Assembly (NCBI GenBank): GCA_028826165.1
Contig: JAPDFW010000108.1
Span: 62,001-126,000, forward strand
DNA length: 64,000 bases
Direction of reading: 5' to 3'
Source: Anaeramoeba ignava BMAN
Lineage: Eukaryota > Protista > Anaeramoebae
The position numbers and the translations under genes were made by a program. The notes under the pieces are model-generated. The model searched no databases, was not told where the DNA came from, and saw only the letters and a list, made by a program, of their open reading frames with translations. Positions 1-12,700 of the stretch are shown piece by piece. Within the stretch, counting starts at the first letter, position 1. The number at the start of each line of letters is the position of its first letter.

Positions 1-2445
1 AATCAAAAAGATCATTTAAAACTTCTTGAGGAATAAATTTTGGATCATAACTATTTTTGATTTTAATTTTAATTTTATAAATGAATTTTAATTTTAATTT
101 TAATTTTTTGATTACTGATCTGGTTTAAAATTTGAAAGTAATGAATAAACTTGTGAATATGTAAGTGATGGTGCAACTTTGAAAAGTGCTTGTGAATTAA
201 TTTGATTTTTTTGGATAAATGAATTTTTCTCTAATATACAATTTGCTGCATCATTTACTTGAGAAACTTCTTTTCTTTTTATTTTATAAATTGTTTTATT
301 ATTTTATAAATTATTTTATTAATTTATTTTTTTTTTCTCTTTACAATGCTTCTTGAAATCCTTGTTCTGTTAACCAATCTCCAAGTTTTGATAAAGAATA
401 TTTAAATTCATTTGCATTTGAGTGAGTTTCTAAATCATGATTTTTCAGAATTTCACTAAAAAGTTTTTTATTAATTTCAAACATAAGTTGTCTAAATATT
501 GAAAGAATAATTTGATTTGGAAGTTGATAATGTTTTGAGATGTCAAGAAATCTGGAAAAGTTGTGAATAATTAAATCAGGTTTAATTTGATGACTTTCTT
601 TTTGAAACTGGATATTTTTTTCTGAATTCTTTGATTTTTGATTCTTTGATTTTTGATTCTTTGATTTTTGATTCTTTGATTTTTGATTCTTTGATTTTTT
701 ATGTGTGTTATTTTGTAAGAAGTTTGGAGGCATTGGTGTTGCAATTTCTTGTCCCAGAAATGCAAATACAATCATATTTGAAAAATCTTTCAAAATTAAA
801 CGAATAATTGACCAAAAAACTTGGAAAAAAATATCAAACAACATTTCTTTAAATCTGGAAACTATAAGATTATTTTCTTCAATATTATCTTCTTGTCTTT
901 GTGGTGTTGGTGTTAGCGTTATTTCACCAGTTGAATCACCAAATTTGTTCTCATTTAATCGAATAAAACTATTATATTTGCTCATCCCAAATTCATTTAA
1001 AGAAAGAACACCAAGTTGAAATTCTGAAGCTAATAAAACTAAAATAAAATGAATATTTTGTAGTAACCAAATTTGATAATTTAAATTCTCATTATTTTTT
1101 TGAGCCAAAAATTGAATCAAATCAGTGAAATTTTTCAATATTATCATTTTTCTTGAATTTCGATTATAATCTCCATCTTCAAATAAATTTAAATCCTTGA
1201 AAAATTTATAAATAAAACATCCAGGAACAGGAAATTTATTTTGATGAAAACTTGGATAAGAATGGAAAAATAAATTTTCAATTATATATAATTCTTGATT
1301 CTGGATTAAATGGAAATTATATTCCTTTGTAATATTTTGGATTCTTTGTTTCTCTTGATCTACATTTTCTTCCTTTTTGTTTGAAAACAGAAAATTTGAA
1401 TTTTTTGACATCATTTCCAAATTGTCTTGCATATTAAGATTATTTTCATTATTAGGAAAAACAATTTCTTCAATTGAATCTGAATCTGAATCTGAATTTG
1501 AATTTGATAAAAAATGATTTTTTGAATATTGATTTGGATTTGGATTTGGATTCTCAATAGAATCTTCATTTAAAATTTGTTTTAAAATTTGGCTTAAATC
1601 TTGATTTGAATCTTGACTTAAAACAGGGCTTGATTTTTGATTTTGATTTTCATTTGAATTTTCATTTGAATTTTTATCAAAATAATTAAAATAGTCATCT
1701 CCTTCATTTTCACTGTTTGATTTTGAAGGATCTTCAAATTCATCATCATTAAAAACATCTCTATATTGTTCCTTTTCGAATTTTTGATTTCTAAACCATT
1801 CCATATGATTTTTATTTAATAAATTAATTTTCTGTTCAATTTCAAGTGAAGTTAAAAGTACCCAATCAACATTACTTTCTGGACTTTCTGGAAATGATAA
1901 AGCTATGTTTAATTTGGGGGTTGTTTTGTGAACAATTTGTTGATCAATTTCTAAATTAAATTGTTCGAATATTGGCTTTCTAATATTTAAATAATCAACT
2001 AAATTAAATTCAACCTTTCCAATAGTTTCTAAAGATCTTTTTGATAATAATTTGGGTCTTTCCTAAAATTATAACATAAAACAGTTCCAAAAATGAAAAT
2101 AGAGTAAAAAAAGATGCAGATAATTTGAAACGAGTGGTTTTTTTTTTTTAAAAAAAAGAAACCAATTTATTTAAATTTTTTTCAATTTACAATCTTAACA
2201 AAAAGTTGAAAATATTTTGGATCCATTTTGTTTGTTTTTTTATTATAAGATAAAGTAATTGGAATCTTAAACTCTTCAGTCCATTCTGCTTTTGCTGATT
2301 TTATTATTGATTTTTGTGTTTCTCCTGTTGAATTATTTATTTTCCAAGAAATATAAATAATTGAATCTTCTTCTAAAATTTCAGTTATTGAAATTATTAA
2401 AATTCTAAAATAAGTTTTAACAATTTTTTTTCCAATTTGATTCAT
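1..2445 (-). CDS. NT-C2 (EEIG1/EHBP1-type) N-terminal domain plus C-terminal Dilute (DIL) domain protein; multi-exon, 3' end runs off the window
   Basis: Exons about 2445-2191, 2062-345, 274-116, 50-<1 join in frame at GT-AG sites. N-term has YISWK...AEWTEEF...GKVEFNLVDY (NT-C2-like). C-term has FRQLMFEINKKLF...LGDWL...SQVNDAANCIL...APSLTYSQVYSLLSNFKPD (DIL-like). Confidence 0.75.
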
Positions 2446-2603
2446 AAAAAATGAAAAAAATGAAAAATGAAAAAATGAAGAAAAAAAAATTTAATCAATC
2501 CAAAAAAAAAAAAAATTTTATTTCCTTTTTTTTTTTAATTTGAATTAATGAAAAGAAAAGAAAAGAAAAAAAAGAAAAAAAAAGAAAAAACAAAACTTAA
2601 TTT

Positions 2604-5600
2604 TTATTGATCATCTTCTGTTATAATTTTTGAAATAATTCTTTCCAATCTTAATCTTTCACCAATTTGAGTTGCAATTTGAAGTTTCAAATCTTTTATT
2701 TGAGAAATCATTGTTTCAATAGTTCTTTCCAAAGCATCTTTTGCTGGTTCACCTTTTTTTTGTTTAAAACTATTTAATTGAGAAATTAATTGTTTATTTG
2801 CTTTTTTTGCTTTTTCTATTGTAGTTTGAGCTGGAACTAAACAACTCTTTAATTCTGTTGGTTGAGAATGTGTAGAAACAATTCTTGTGTAATTTGAAGG
2901 AAATAAACCGCAAGTATTTCCTATTTTTCCAGCCCACCAACCTGAAGGATCACATTTTAAAACCACAATTAACTTTGAAATAATTATTTTTAATTTTTGA
3001 TTTTTGATTTTAATTTTTTTGATAATTTTTTTTTTTTGATTTTAATTTTCAAAACTAACATCTCCTCTTGTAAATGAAAGTTGTCTTGGTCCTTGTGCTA
3101 CATAATCATATAAAGCTTCAAGGATAGTTCCTTTATGATCTAAATCTTGATAAATTTGTTTTTTAGATTGAAAATTTTCTTCTTTCTATTTTTTTTAAAT
3201 CAATTTTTAAATTAATTATTAAATCAATTATTAAATCAATTTTTAAATCAATTTTTAAATCCAAATCATTTCATTTCCATTTCCAATTATTAAATCAATT
3301 ATTAAATCCAAATCATTTCATTTTCATTTCCATTTCCAATTATTAAATCAATTATTAAATTAATTATTAAATCAATTATTAAATCCAAATCAAATCCAAA
3401 TCATTTTCATTTTCAATTTTTAAATCAATTATTAAATTATTTATTAAATTAATTATTAAATTCAAATCAAATCCAAATCATTTCATTTCCATTTCCATTT
3501 CCAATTTTTAAATCCAAATTAAATCCAAATCATTTCATTTCCATTTCCATTTTCATTTTCATTTTCATTTTCATTTTCATTTTCATTTTCATTTTCATTT
3601 TCATTTTCATTTTCATTTTCATTTTCATTTTTATTTTCATTTTCATTTTCATTTTCATTTTCATTTTCATTTTCATTTTCATTTTCATTTTCATTTTCAT
3701 TTCCAATTATTAAATCAATTATTAAATCAATTATTAAATCCAAATTAAATCCAAATCATTTCATTTCCATTTCCATTTTCATTTTCATTTTCATTTTCAT
3801 TTTCATTTTCATTTTCATTTTCATTTTTATTTTCATTTTCATTTTCATTTTTATTTTCATTTCCATTTTCATTTTCATTTTCATTTTCATTTTCATTTTC
3901 ATTTTCATTTTCATTTTCATTTTTATTTTCATTTTCATTTTCATTTTCATTTTTATTTTCATTTTCATTTTCATTTCCAATTTTTAAACCAATTATTAAA
4001 TCAATTATTAAATCAATTTTTAAATCCAAATTAAATCCAAATCATTTCATTTCCATTTCCATTTCCATTTCCAATTTTTAAATCCAAATCATTTCATTTC
4101 CATTTCCAATTATTAAATTAATTATTAAATTAATTATTAAATCAATTATTAAATTAATTATTAAATTCAAATCAAATCCAAATCAAATCCAAATCATTTC
4201 ATTTCCATTTTCATTTCCAATTTTTAAATTAATTATTAAATCAATTATTAAATTAATTATTAAATCAATTATTAAATTAATTATTAAATTCAAATCAAAT
4301 CCAAATCATTTCATTTCCATTTTCATTTCCAATTTTTAAATCCAAATTAAATCCAAATCATTTCATTTCCATTTCCATTTTCATTTTCATTTTCATTTTC
4401 ATTTTCATTTTCATTTCCATTTCCATTTTCATTTTCATTTTCATTTTCATTTTCATTTCCAATTTTTAAATAAATTTCATTTCAAATTCAAATTAATTTT
4501 ATTTCAAATTCAAATTTCATTTCGTTAAAAAAAAAATCAAATTGAAATTTACAAATAAATATCGAAATTGATCTAAAAATAAATCAAATAATTCTTTTTG
4601 AATAGGGAAAGCTTCATGAATTTCTGTTTGTGATGGATTTTCTTTATGAAATATAATTGGACCGAATAACTAAAAATAACAAAAATAAAAATAAAAATAA
4701 AAATAAAAATAAAAATAAAAATAAATTTTTTTGATATAATAATTTAAATTACTTCTGAAATTTCATCTTTTGAAGTTGTTTTGACTAAAACAATTCGATT
4801 CAAATATCCAATTAAATGTTTTAATGCAAAAAAATTAACCAAAGGAAGTCTAAGAATGCAACTTCTAATTGCTGGTAAATGTTGAGATTTTGGAGTCATT
4901 GCTGAAAATAATTAAAATATTTAATATTTGATTTAAAAATAATAAATTATAAATATATTTAAGCTTTTCCTTTTGAAATAAATATTATCATTTGATACTG
5001 AGAGTATGATAAAAATCTGAATAAAGATCAAAAGTTAATAAAGGTTCTGGTAATTCTTGTAAATATTGAACTAATAATCCTCCAACAACTTTTGGATCTT
5101 TTACACTTGTAAATGAAATTTCAGTTCCTAAATTTTTTGGATTTTTGAATTAATTTTTTTTTTGGATTGTTCTTTAAAAAATGTTTTTTCTATATCAACC
5201 TTTGTCAATATTTTGTTTTATTTCTTCAATATCATCTTGGAATTCTGAAGATTTAAAAATTGCCATATCAAATTCTATTGTGTTTTTTGATTTTTTCAAA
5301 AATTAGAAAAATAAAAAGCAAAATAAAAAGAAGTAAGAAAAATTACTCTTTTCCTTCACAAAATAATCAATAGTTTTTTCCAAAACTAAAGGAATTGGAG
5401 TTCCGTCTTTTTTAATATTTAAAACATTTTCAATAGATTCACCAAATACTTGTTTACTATCTAAAATCCAAAAAGAATAAATAAATTTTTTTTTGGATTT
5501 TTTAATTCAAAATTCAATTATAATTTTTTAATTCAAATTTGATTTTACTTTTGATTTTATTGACTTCTTGCTGTAAACAAGATGTCCAAATTTTGGTTTC

Positions 5601-6247
5601 ATCTTTTGAATTTGTCGAAAATAACAATCTAAAAATATTATTATTATTATAATTATAATTATAATTATAATATTTATTTATTTATTTATTGAATATAAAT
5701 TACAAACTATTTCTTAAACAATTTGAAATTTAAATTGTTTTTATTTTTTTCTTTTACGTTGTTTTTTCATCTTTTGTAATAATAATAAACACGTTTTGTT
5801 TAGTTGGATGTCTTTCTTCTCTAATAATACATCCATGTAAAAATAATTCAAAGAAAGGTTTTTTATCCTTTTTTTTTGTTTTTTTGAATAAAATTTTTTT
5901 TATTATTAATTTTAATTGAAAAATTTTTTTTTCATTTTGAATTTTTTTAATTTCTTTTCTTTACATTTTTATTTTTAAATCCAAATAAGTAAATATCTTT
6001 TAAAATGTAGAAAAATTCTTCCCATTCTTTATTACTTTCATTCTTTTGAAATTTTTTTAAATTAAATTAAATTATTTTAAATTTTATAAATATTTTTTTT
6101 TTACATATTTAAAAATGTTTCCAGAAAAAATTGGCACACCAATTAAATTATAATTCTATAAAATAATAATAATAATAAAAAAAAAAGCAAAATGAAAAAT
6201 TAATTCAAATTACAATTTGGAAAATGGGAAATTACTTGATTAGACAT
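2604..6247 (-). CDS. PH-RhoGAP-SH3 domain protein, multi-exon
   Basis: Spliced pieces give a PH domain (EWEEFFYILKDIYLFGF...NVFIIITKDEKTTLLFSTNSKDETKIWTSCL), RhoGAP (VFGESIE...IPLVLEKTIDYF...VGGLLVQYLQELPEPLLTF) and SH3 (ALYDYVAQGPRQLSFTRGD...GWWAG...GLFPSNY). Start ATG at 6247 is tentative. Confidence 0.8.
3186..4552 (-). repeat. Satellite-filled intron of the RhoGAP gene: (GAAAAT)n plus 12-bp ATTAAATCAATT blocks
   Basis: GT at 4552 and AG at 3186 on the minus strand; flanking exons join in phase 0; interior is low-complexity tandem repeat. Confidence 0.85.
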
Positions 6248-6352
6248 TTTTTTTAAAAAGAAAATAAAAAAATGAAAATAAAAAAAAAAAATGAAAAATG
6301 AAAAATTATTTTTGAAAAGGAAAAAAAAAATTTAATTCTAAAAGGATCTAAA

Positions 6353-9300
6353 TTAATAATTAAGTATAATTTTTCTTTTTCTTCTACTTATAATTCTTGG
6401 ATTTTTTAAAATTAAAGGAACTTTTGGAGGAGCATTTAATCCAAAAGATTTTGCTAATTCTTTCAAATTTAGATTAAGAACATCAAAAATTTCTTTTAAA
6501 GTTGTTCCTGAATAAGATTGTAAATAATCTCTATAAGCAAATCTTGAAAGAACATGAATTCTATAATTTTGTTCAAGTATTTTCTCAATAATTTGTTTTT
6601 TATTATCTTGAATTTTTGGTTTTTCATATTCTGTTAAAATAAAATTCATTTTCTTTAACATTTCTAAGAATTTTTCTTCTTGATGTAATAAGAAAAGGAT
6701 AAATTGTGGATTTTCTTGATTTTCTTCAATATTTTGATTTTCTTGAATATTTTCATTTTCTTCAATATTTTCATTTTCTTGAATATTTTCATTTTCTTGA
6801 ATATTTTCATTTTCTTGAATATTTTCATTTTCTTGAATATTTTCATTATTTTCATTTCTAATAATTTTTAATAATTGATTTAATAATTAATTTTTTTAAT
6901 AATTTTAATTAATTTAATGAATTAATTTAATAATTGATTTAATAAATAATTTAATAATTGATTTAATAAATAATTTAATAATTAATTTAATAATTAATTT
7001 AATAATTGATTTAATAATTGATTTAATAATTGATTTAATAATTAATTTAATAATTGATTTAATAATTGATTTAATAATTGATTTAATAATTGATTTAATA
7101 ATTGATTTAATAATTGATTTAATAATTGATTTAATAATTAATTTAATAATTGATTTAATAAATAATTTAATAAATAATTTAATAATTGATTTAATAATTG
7201 ATTTAATAATTAATTTAATAATTGATTTAATAAATAATTTAATAAATAATTTAATAATTGATTTAATAATTAATTTTAATAAATAATTTAATAATTGATT
7301 TAATAAATAATTTAATAAATAATTTAATAATTGATTTAATAATTGATTTAATAATTAATTTTAATTTATTTAATAAATAATTTAATAAATAATTTAATAA
7401 TTGATTTAATAATTGATTTAATAATAATTGATTTAATAATTGATTTAATAAATAATTTAATAATTGATTTAATAATTGATTTAATAATTGATTTAATAAT
7501 TGATTTTAATAATTTAATAATTGATTTAATAATTGATTTAATTTATTTAATAATTGATTTAATAAATAATTTAATAATTGATTTAATAATTAATTTAATA
7601 ATTGATTTAATAAATAATTTAAATAATTGATTTAATAATTGATTTAATAAATAATTTAATAATTGATTTAATAATTAATTTAATAGTGATTTAATAAATA
7701 ATTTAATAAATAATTTAATAATTGATTTAATAATTGATTTAATGATTTAATAAATAATTTTAATAATTGATTTAATAATTGATTTAATAATTGATTTAAT
7801 AATTGATTTAATAATTGATTTAATAATTAATTTAATAATTGATTTAATAAATAATTTAATAAATAATTTAATAATTGATTTAATAATTGATTTAATAATT
7901 GATTTAATAATTAATTTAATAATTGATTTAATAATTGATTTAATAATTGATTTAATAATTGATTTAATAATTGATTTAATAATTGATTTAATAATTAATT
8001 TAATAATTGATTTAATAATTGATTTAATAATTAATTTAATAAATAATTTAATAAATAATTTAATAATTGATTTAATAATTAATTTAATAATTAATTTAAT
8101 AATTGATTTAATAATTGATTTAATAAATAATTTAATAAATAATTTAATAATTGATTTAATAATTGATTTAATAATTGATTTAATAATTGATTTAATAATT
8201 GATTTAATAATTGATTTAATAATTGATTTAATAATTACTTGAACAGAATCAGAAGGATCAAATTGAACAACAAAATCTACCTTTGGAAAATCAAAATCTA
8301 AATAAATAATAATTAATAAATAATAAAAATTAAATAAATAAATAAATAAAAATTTAACCTCTTGAAATAATATTTGTGCAAAATAAAACACCAGCATTTT
8401 TTTTTTCAAAATTCTTCATAATTCCAACTTGATCTTCTTGAGTTTGATCGCCATGCAATGAAAAACAATTTATTCCTAATTGGAAAGATAATTCAGTATA
8501 AAATTGAACAGAATTTGTTGTTGAAACGAAGACAATAATCTTTTTAAATCTATGATAAGCATTCAAAAAAACATTTAAAAATAAAAATCTTTCATCCTCT
8601 TTGCAAATTAAATATCCAATATTTTTTTTGCCCAAAGCAATATTGTTTATATCAAAAGAATCACGAATTAAAAGAGGTTTTGCTGGGAATATTTGAAGAG
8701 AAACATTTTCCACTTGAGGTGTTAAAGCAGATGAAAAAACAAACAATTGATTGATTTTTTGGAAATTTTTCATAATTTCAAGTAGTTCTCTTGTGTTTCC
8801 AAATTGGATGATTTTATCAATTTCTGTGATTATTACAATCTTGCAATTAGAATAAATAAACGCTTTTCTCTTCAAGTTCTCCAATAATCTAATTGGTGTT
8901 GAAATTAAAAGATTAACTCCTTTTTTTAATTTTTTTGATTGAAAAGAAATATTTGCTCCATCAAAAGTCAATCCACAAGATTGTTTATCGTTTTTTTCAA
9001 AAAATTGTTTTGTGATATAATATAAATGTGTTGCAGCTTCTTTTGTGGGTGCAATAATTATTGCTCCAGTTCCTTCCAAAATGAATTCAAAAAGGAAATA
9101 TTAAAACAAAAAATTTTTGCCAAAAAAATTTGGGTAAATTTGTACCATTTTGAGGTTGAAATTCTAGATTGGATAAAATTTCTAGTGAGGGAATAATCGA
9201 AAGAAGTGCTTCTCCAGAACCTGGTGGTGCAATACCAATGAGGCTCTTCTTTTTAAAAGCATGCGGGAAACACTTAGACTGAAAGTCAGTTAAATCGATT

Positions 9301-9605
9301 TTGTTCATTTGATCCAATTTATTTATTGTTTTTTTCGAAATTGGAAGTTCGTTAAATTTTTTCGGAAGTTCATTTTCTTGTAATTCAGGTTCTGTATATT
9401 CAAATTTTTCAGGTAATTTGGTTTTTTTTCGTTGAGAATTTCGATTTCTTGGTTTTTTCTTTTTGAGAATAATTTTTTTTGGTTTTTTTTTCTTTTGATA
9501 AATTTTTTTTCTAAATTTAAGTTTTTTTTTATTTTTAAATTGTGGATGATTTTGTTTGTTTGAGTTTGTTTGAATTTGTTGTTTTTCTTCTTCAACAAAA
9601 AACAT
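6353..9605 (-). CDS. Has1/DDX18-like DEAD-box RNA helicase paralogue with degenerate catalytic motifs
   Basis: FQPQNG|TGAIIIAPTKE and KKGVNLLISTPIRLL; C-terminal NYRIHVLSRFAYRDYLQSY...LAKSFGLNAPPKV matches the Has1 tail. Walker A reads GSGEA, DEAD reads TEID, and no motif VI exon was found. Confidence 0.75.
6860..8236. repeat. 12-bp satellite (AATTGATTTAAT)n filling an intron of the Has1-like gene
   Basis: Directly visible tandem array of about 1.4 kb. Confidence 0.95.
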
Positions 9606-9751
9606 TTTTAAATTTTATTTTTAATTTGAAAAGAAAGAAAAAATGAAAAAAAATGAAAAAAATTTTTTTTATAAAATTAAAAAAGAAAAATTTTTTTTTC
9701 ATTTTTTCTTTTTTTCTTTCATTTTTTTTTTTTTAAATTGAAAATAATCAA
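9606..9751. promoter_or_regulatory. Head-to-head (bidirectional) promoter between the Has1-like gene and WDR7
   Basis: 146 bp between divergent ATGs; AAAATGAAAA copies on the left, TTTTCATTTT copies on the right. Confidence 0.6.
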
Positions 9752-12700
9752 ATGCAATTTTTTAACCTTGTTTTTCCTTTTTGGGAAAATCATAATCCAC
9801 CAAAACATCAAATAACAAAAACATTAATTTCTGAAAATCAAACTTATATTGCAACAGGAGGAATTGATGGATTAATTACAACTTGGAAGGTTAAAAATGA
9901 ATTTGATAAATATTCAATTTTTCCAATTTCTGTACTTTTTGCTCATAATTCTGAAATTACTTCTTTAATAAATATATTGTATAGATTTTCTCTTGCATTT
10001 GCAAGTGGTAAATATATCTCTTTTCTTTTTATTTTTTTTATTTTTAATTTGCTGATTGAAAATTTTTGACAGATTTTGATGAAAAAATTTTTTTAATTTA
10101 AAATTGATTTAATTTAAATTTAAAATTGATTTAATTTTAATTTAATTTTGATTTAAATTTGATTTAAATTTGATTTAAAATTGAATTTAAATTGAATTTA
10201 TTTTAATTTTAATTTTGATTTAAATTTGATTTAAATTTGATTTAAATTTAATTTAAATTTGAATTTAATTTAATTTAAATTTGAATTTAATTTAATTTTA
10301 ATTTAATTTTGATTTAAATTTGATTTAATTTAAATTTGATTTAAAATTGATTTTGATTTGATTTAAAATTGATTTAAATTTGATTTAAATTTGATTTAAA
10401 TTTGATTTAAAATTTGATTTAAATTTGATTTAAATTTGATTTAAATTTGATTTAAATTTGATTTAAATTTGATTTAAATTTGATTTAAATTTGATTTAAA
10501 TTTGATTTAAATTTGATTTATATTTGATTTAAATTTGATTTAAAATTGATTTAATTTTGATTTAAATTTGATTTAAAATTGATTTAATTTTAATTTAATT
10601 TTGATTTAAATTTGATTTAAATTTGATTTAAAATTGATTTAATTTTGATTTAAATTTGATTTAAATTTGATTTAAATTTGATTTAAATTTGATTTAAATT
10701 TGATTTAAAATTGAATTTAAATTGAATTTATTTTAATTTTAATTTTGATTTAAATTTGATTTAAATTTGATTTAAATTTGATTTAAATTTGATTTAAATT
10801 TGATTTAAATTTGATTTAAATTTGATTTAAATTTGATTTAAATTTGATTTAAATTTGATTTAAATTTGATTTAAATTTGATTTAAATTTGATTTAAATTT
10901 GATTTAAATTTGATTTAAATTTGATTTAAATTTGATTTAAATTTGATTTAAATTTGATTTAAATTTGATTTAAATTTGATTTAAATTTGATTTAAAATTG
11001 AATTTAAATTGATTTTAATTTTAATTTTGATTTAAATTTGATTTAAATTTGATTTAAATTTGATTTAAATTTGATTTGAATTTGAATTTGATTTAAATTT
11101 GATTTAAATTTGATTTGAATTTGATTTGAATTTGATTTAAATTTGATTTAAATTTGATTTAAATTTAATTTAAATTTGATTTAAAATTGATTTAAATTTG
11201 ATTTAAAATTGATTTAAATTTGATTTAAAATTGATTTAAATTTGATTTAAAATTGATTTAAATTTGATTTAAAATTGATTTAAATTTGATTTAAAATTGA
11301 TTTAAATTTGATTTAATTTTGATTTGATTTGATTTAAATTTGATTTAAATTTAATTTAATTTTGATTTAATTTTGATTTAAATTTGATTTAATTTTGATT
11401 TAAATTTGATTTAATTTTGATTTAAATTTGATTTAATTTGATTTAAATTTGATTTAAATTTAATTTAATTTTGATTTAAATTTGATTTAAATTTGATTTA
11501 AATTTGATTTAAATTTGATTTAAATTTGATTTAAATTTGATTTAAATTTGATTTAAATTTGATTTAAATTTGATTTAAATTTGATTTAAATTTGATTTAA
11601 ATTTGATTTAATTTTGATTTAAATTTGATTTAAATTTGATTTAAAATTGATTTAATTTTGATTTAAATTTGATTTGATTTTGATTTAAATTTGATTTAAA
11701 TTTAATTTAAATTTGATTTAAAATTGATTTAAATTTGATTTAAATTTGATTTAAATTTGATTTAAATTTAATTTAATTTTGATTTAAATTTGATTTAATT
11801 TTGATTTAAATTTGATTTAAATTTGATTTAAATTTGATTTAAATTTGATTTATATTTGATTTAAATTTGATTTAATTTTGATTTAAATTTGATTTAAATT
11901 TGATATGAATTTAATTTAAATTTGATTTAAATTTGATTTAAATTTGATTTAAATTTGATTTAAATTTGATTTAAATTTGATTTAAATTTGATTTAAATTT
12001 GATTTAGATTTGATTTAAATTTGATTTAAATTTGATTTAGATTTGATTTAAATTTGATTTAAATTTGATTTAAAATTGATTTAAATTTGATTTAAAATTG
12101 ATTTAAATTTGATTTAAAATTGATTTAAATTTGATTTAAAATTGATTTAAATTTGATTTAAATTTGATTTAAATTTGATTTAAATTTGATTTAAATTTGA
12201 TTTAAATTTGATTTAAATTTGATTTAAATTTGATTTAAATTTGATTTAAATTTGATTTATATTTGATTTATATTTGATTTAAATTTAATTTATATTTGAT
12301 TTAAATTTAATTTATATTTGATTTAAATTTGATTTAATTTTGATTTAATTTTGATTTAAATTTGATTTAATTTTGATTAAAATTTGATTAAAATTTGATT
12401 AAAATTTGATTAAAATTTGATTTAATTTTAATTTAATTTTGATTTAAAATTGATTTAAATTTGATTTAAATTTGATTTAAATTTGATTTGATTTTGATTT
12501 AAATTTGATTTAGTCTCAATCGATGGAACTTTATGTATATGGAATTTTTCAGATGGATATTGTTATTTTAAACATGAAAAATTTTTTAGTTGTAATCCAA
12601 CAAAATTATTATTTCATTCTAGTTCTGCAAGATTTTTAATAGCATCAGGAAGATCTAATATTATTGAAATAGTAGATTTAGAAACAATGAGAATTGCAAG

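Noticed and set aside
3519-4029. ORFs of ENENEN or MKMKMK, and similar IIKS, NNLNIL, KFII, NFNF and ILIL ORFs at 7.7, 32.2, 34, 46.6 and 52-53.7 kb
   Set aside because: Translations of intronic or intergenic satellites, or antisense frames of coding repeats; flanking exons splice across them in frame
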